NCBI GenBank assembly: GCA_001687465.1
Contig: LVLI01000336.1
Span: 1-64,000 of the forward strand
Reading direction: 5' to 3'
DNA length: 64,000 bases
Source of the DNA: Halocafeteria seosinensis
Lineage: Eukaryota
A program made the translations under genes and the position numbers. Position 1 is the stretch's first letter, and each line of letters opens with the position of its first letter. Under the pieces are notes generated by a model that was given only the letters and a program-made list of their open reading frames with translations, was not told the DNA's origin and searched no databases. This document shows, in pieces, positions 62,877 to 64,000 of this stretch.

Positions 62877-64000
62877 TGTTAAGGGATATTGGCCGTCCAA
62901 AGAATTGCTAGCGACCTGTCCCTTCCGGCTTTCGATTCCTCGCAGTCTATTCACTAACCACAGCTTCTTCCCCGGAAGTTCCGCATCATGGGCTTTCTAA
63001 CTTATTATATCTCGGTATGAGGACGTTTCATACGATTATGGGGGCTCGTTTGGAGGGTATCAAAGAGCGTAAAAAACGAGAGGCAGTCCAGGCATAACCG
63101 TCGTCGGTCAGAACAGCGTCGCTCAAAAACGTGGTTGTCCACCTTCCTTGATAGTAGATAGGCTCTCGAATTACCGTAATTTACTTATTGCGCTTCATGC
63201 ACTATCAACTCTGTCAAACAAAATGAACATGACGATAAAGCGCTGGTCGCAGTGACCGTCGCAAGCTAGGTTTCACCAACTGTTTCATCCGGTAATTCGC
63301 CGGCTCTTTCATGCAGCAACAACTCCGGAATTGACTCATTTAGTCAAGGAATGAGTCAAAGTAAGATGTACGGACGTTGCGCAAGAAGATATCCCTTGGA
63401 GCGTGGAGATCACCGGCAAAAGCTCGCTCTACTTTCAATTACAGGGCGCAGACATTGATAATTGGATGTGGGTAGTTTGCGTCACCATTGTTCTCTTGGT
63501 TCGGGAAGTTGGGACATGGCAACCAGTACATTACAAAAATCCCATGTGAGATTAACGAGCAAGCTGAACAGTCTGCCATAGGGTCGATACGTGCAGGCAT
63601 CTTTAGTCAGACTTCGCTCCTGGCTTCACTTCTTCACTACGCCGACTACCCGGTAATCGTTTCCATATGCATCTCGGCCCTTCAACGGTTCAAAAACAGC
63701 ACATGGAGTGAATTATTACGCCTATCAATCTTTGGTTGAAAACTACAGATTCTTGTCTACTTCTCATGCAAATCGAATTGCTACGTATCCACCGGCCCAA
63801 TGTGCAATTTCCCATAGCATGGCCTGGGAGTCTTTTTTAAGTCGCATGGCGACATGGTAAAGTTCGTGTGGAGGGGTTTCGAGACTTTTCGAGGCTAGAG
63901 GCTCTTCATTAGCTCCTTAACTACATGATACAGCCTGCATCGGATTGCAGGGCAACCTGACAGACTGGGGGCAGTTGCCGGTCGGTATCTTCCTCCTGCT

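Noticed and set aside
63810..63830. TAGCATGGCC resembling part of U6 snRNA
   Set aside because: No upstream ACAGAGA box and no other U6 similarity.
1..64000. CRISPR arrays, transposases, alternative genetic code
   Set aside because: No regularly spaced DNA repeats or transposase/RT motifs were seen. The breaks I checked between ORFs are explained by canonical GT-AG introns under the standard code.

Overview
Compact, gene-dense eukaryotic (protist-like, possibly stramenopile) DNA with short GT-AG introns, mostly 35-100 nt. In order, the window holds: a Vms1/ANKZF1 homologue missed by the ORF track, a CTD/TIM50-type phosphatase with a DINET motif, an unknown helical protein, and a giant secreted protein of about 8,245 aa. 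The giant protein is built from bacterial-adhesin-like cadherin/Ig modules with nested inserts, including an ELWxxDGT repeat region. Next come two tandem paralogues of an uncharacterised C2-like protein, a kinase with plant CCaMK/DMI3-like architecture, phosphatidylserine synthase, a MyTH4-FERM myosin with a 14-repeat helical tail, and a syntaxin. These are followed by an acyltransferase-3, a solitary 5S rRNA gene, a GT7-type glycosyltransferase, an FkbM methyltransferase, a Bet1-like SNARE, an ARM-like protein and an N-acylated CAMK-group kinase. Gene models were spliced by eye and no database searches were run. The most notable items are the giant nested-domain adhesin-like protein, the CCaMK-like kinase outside an obvious plant context, and a possible glycan-modification mini-cluster.
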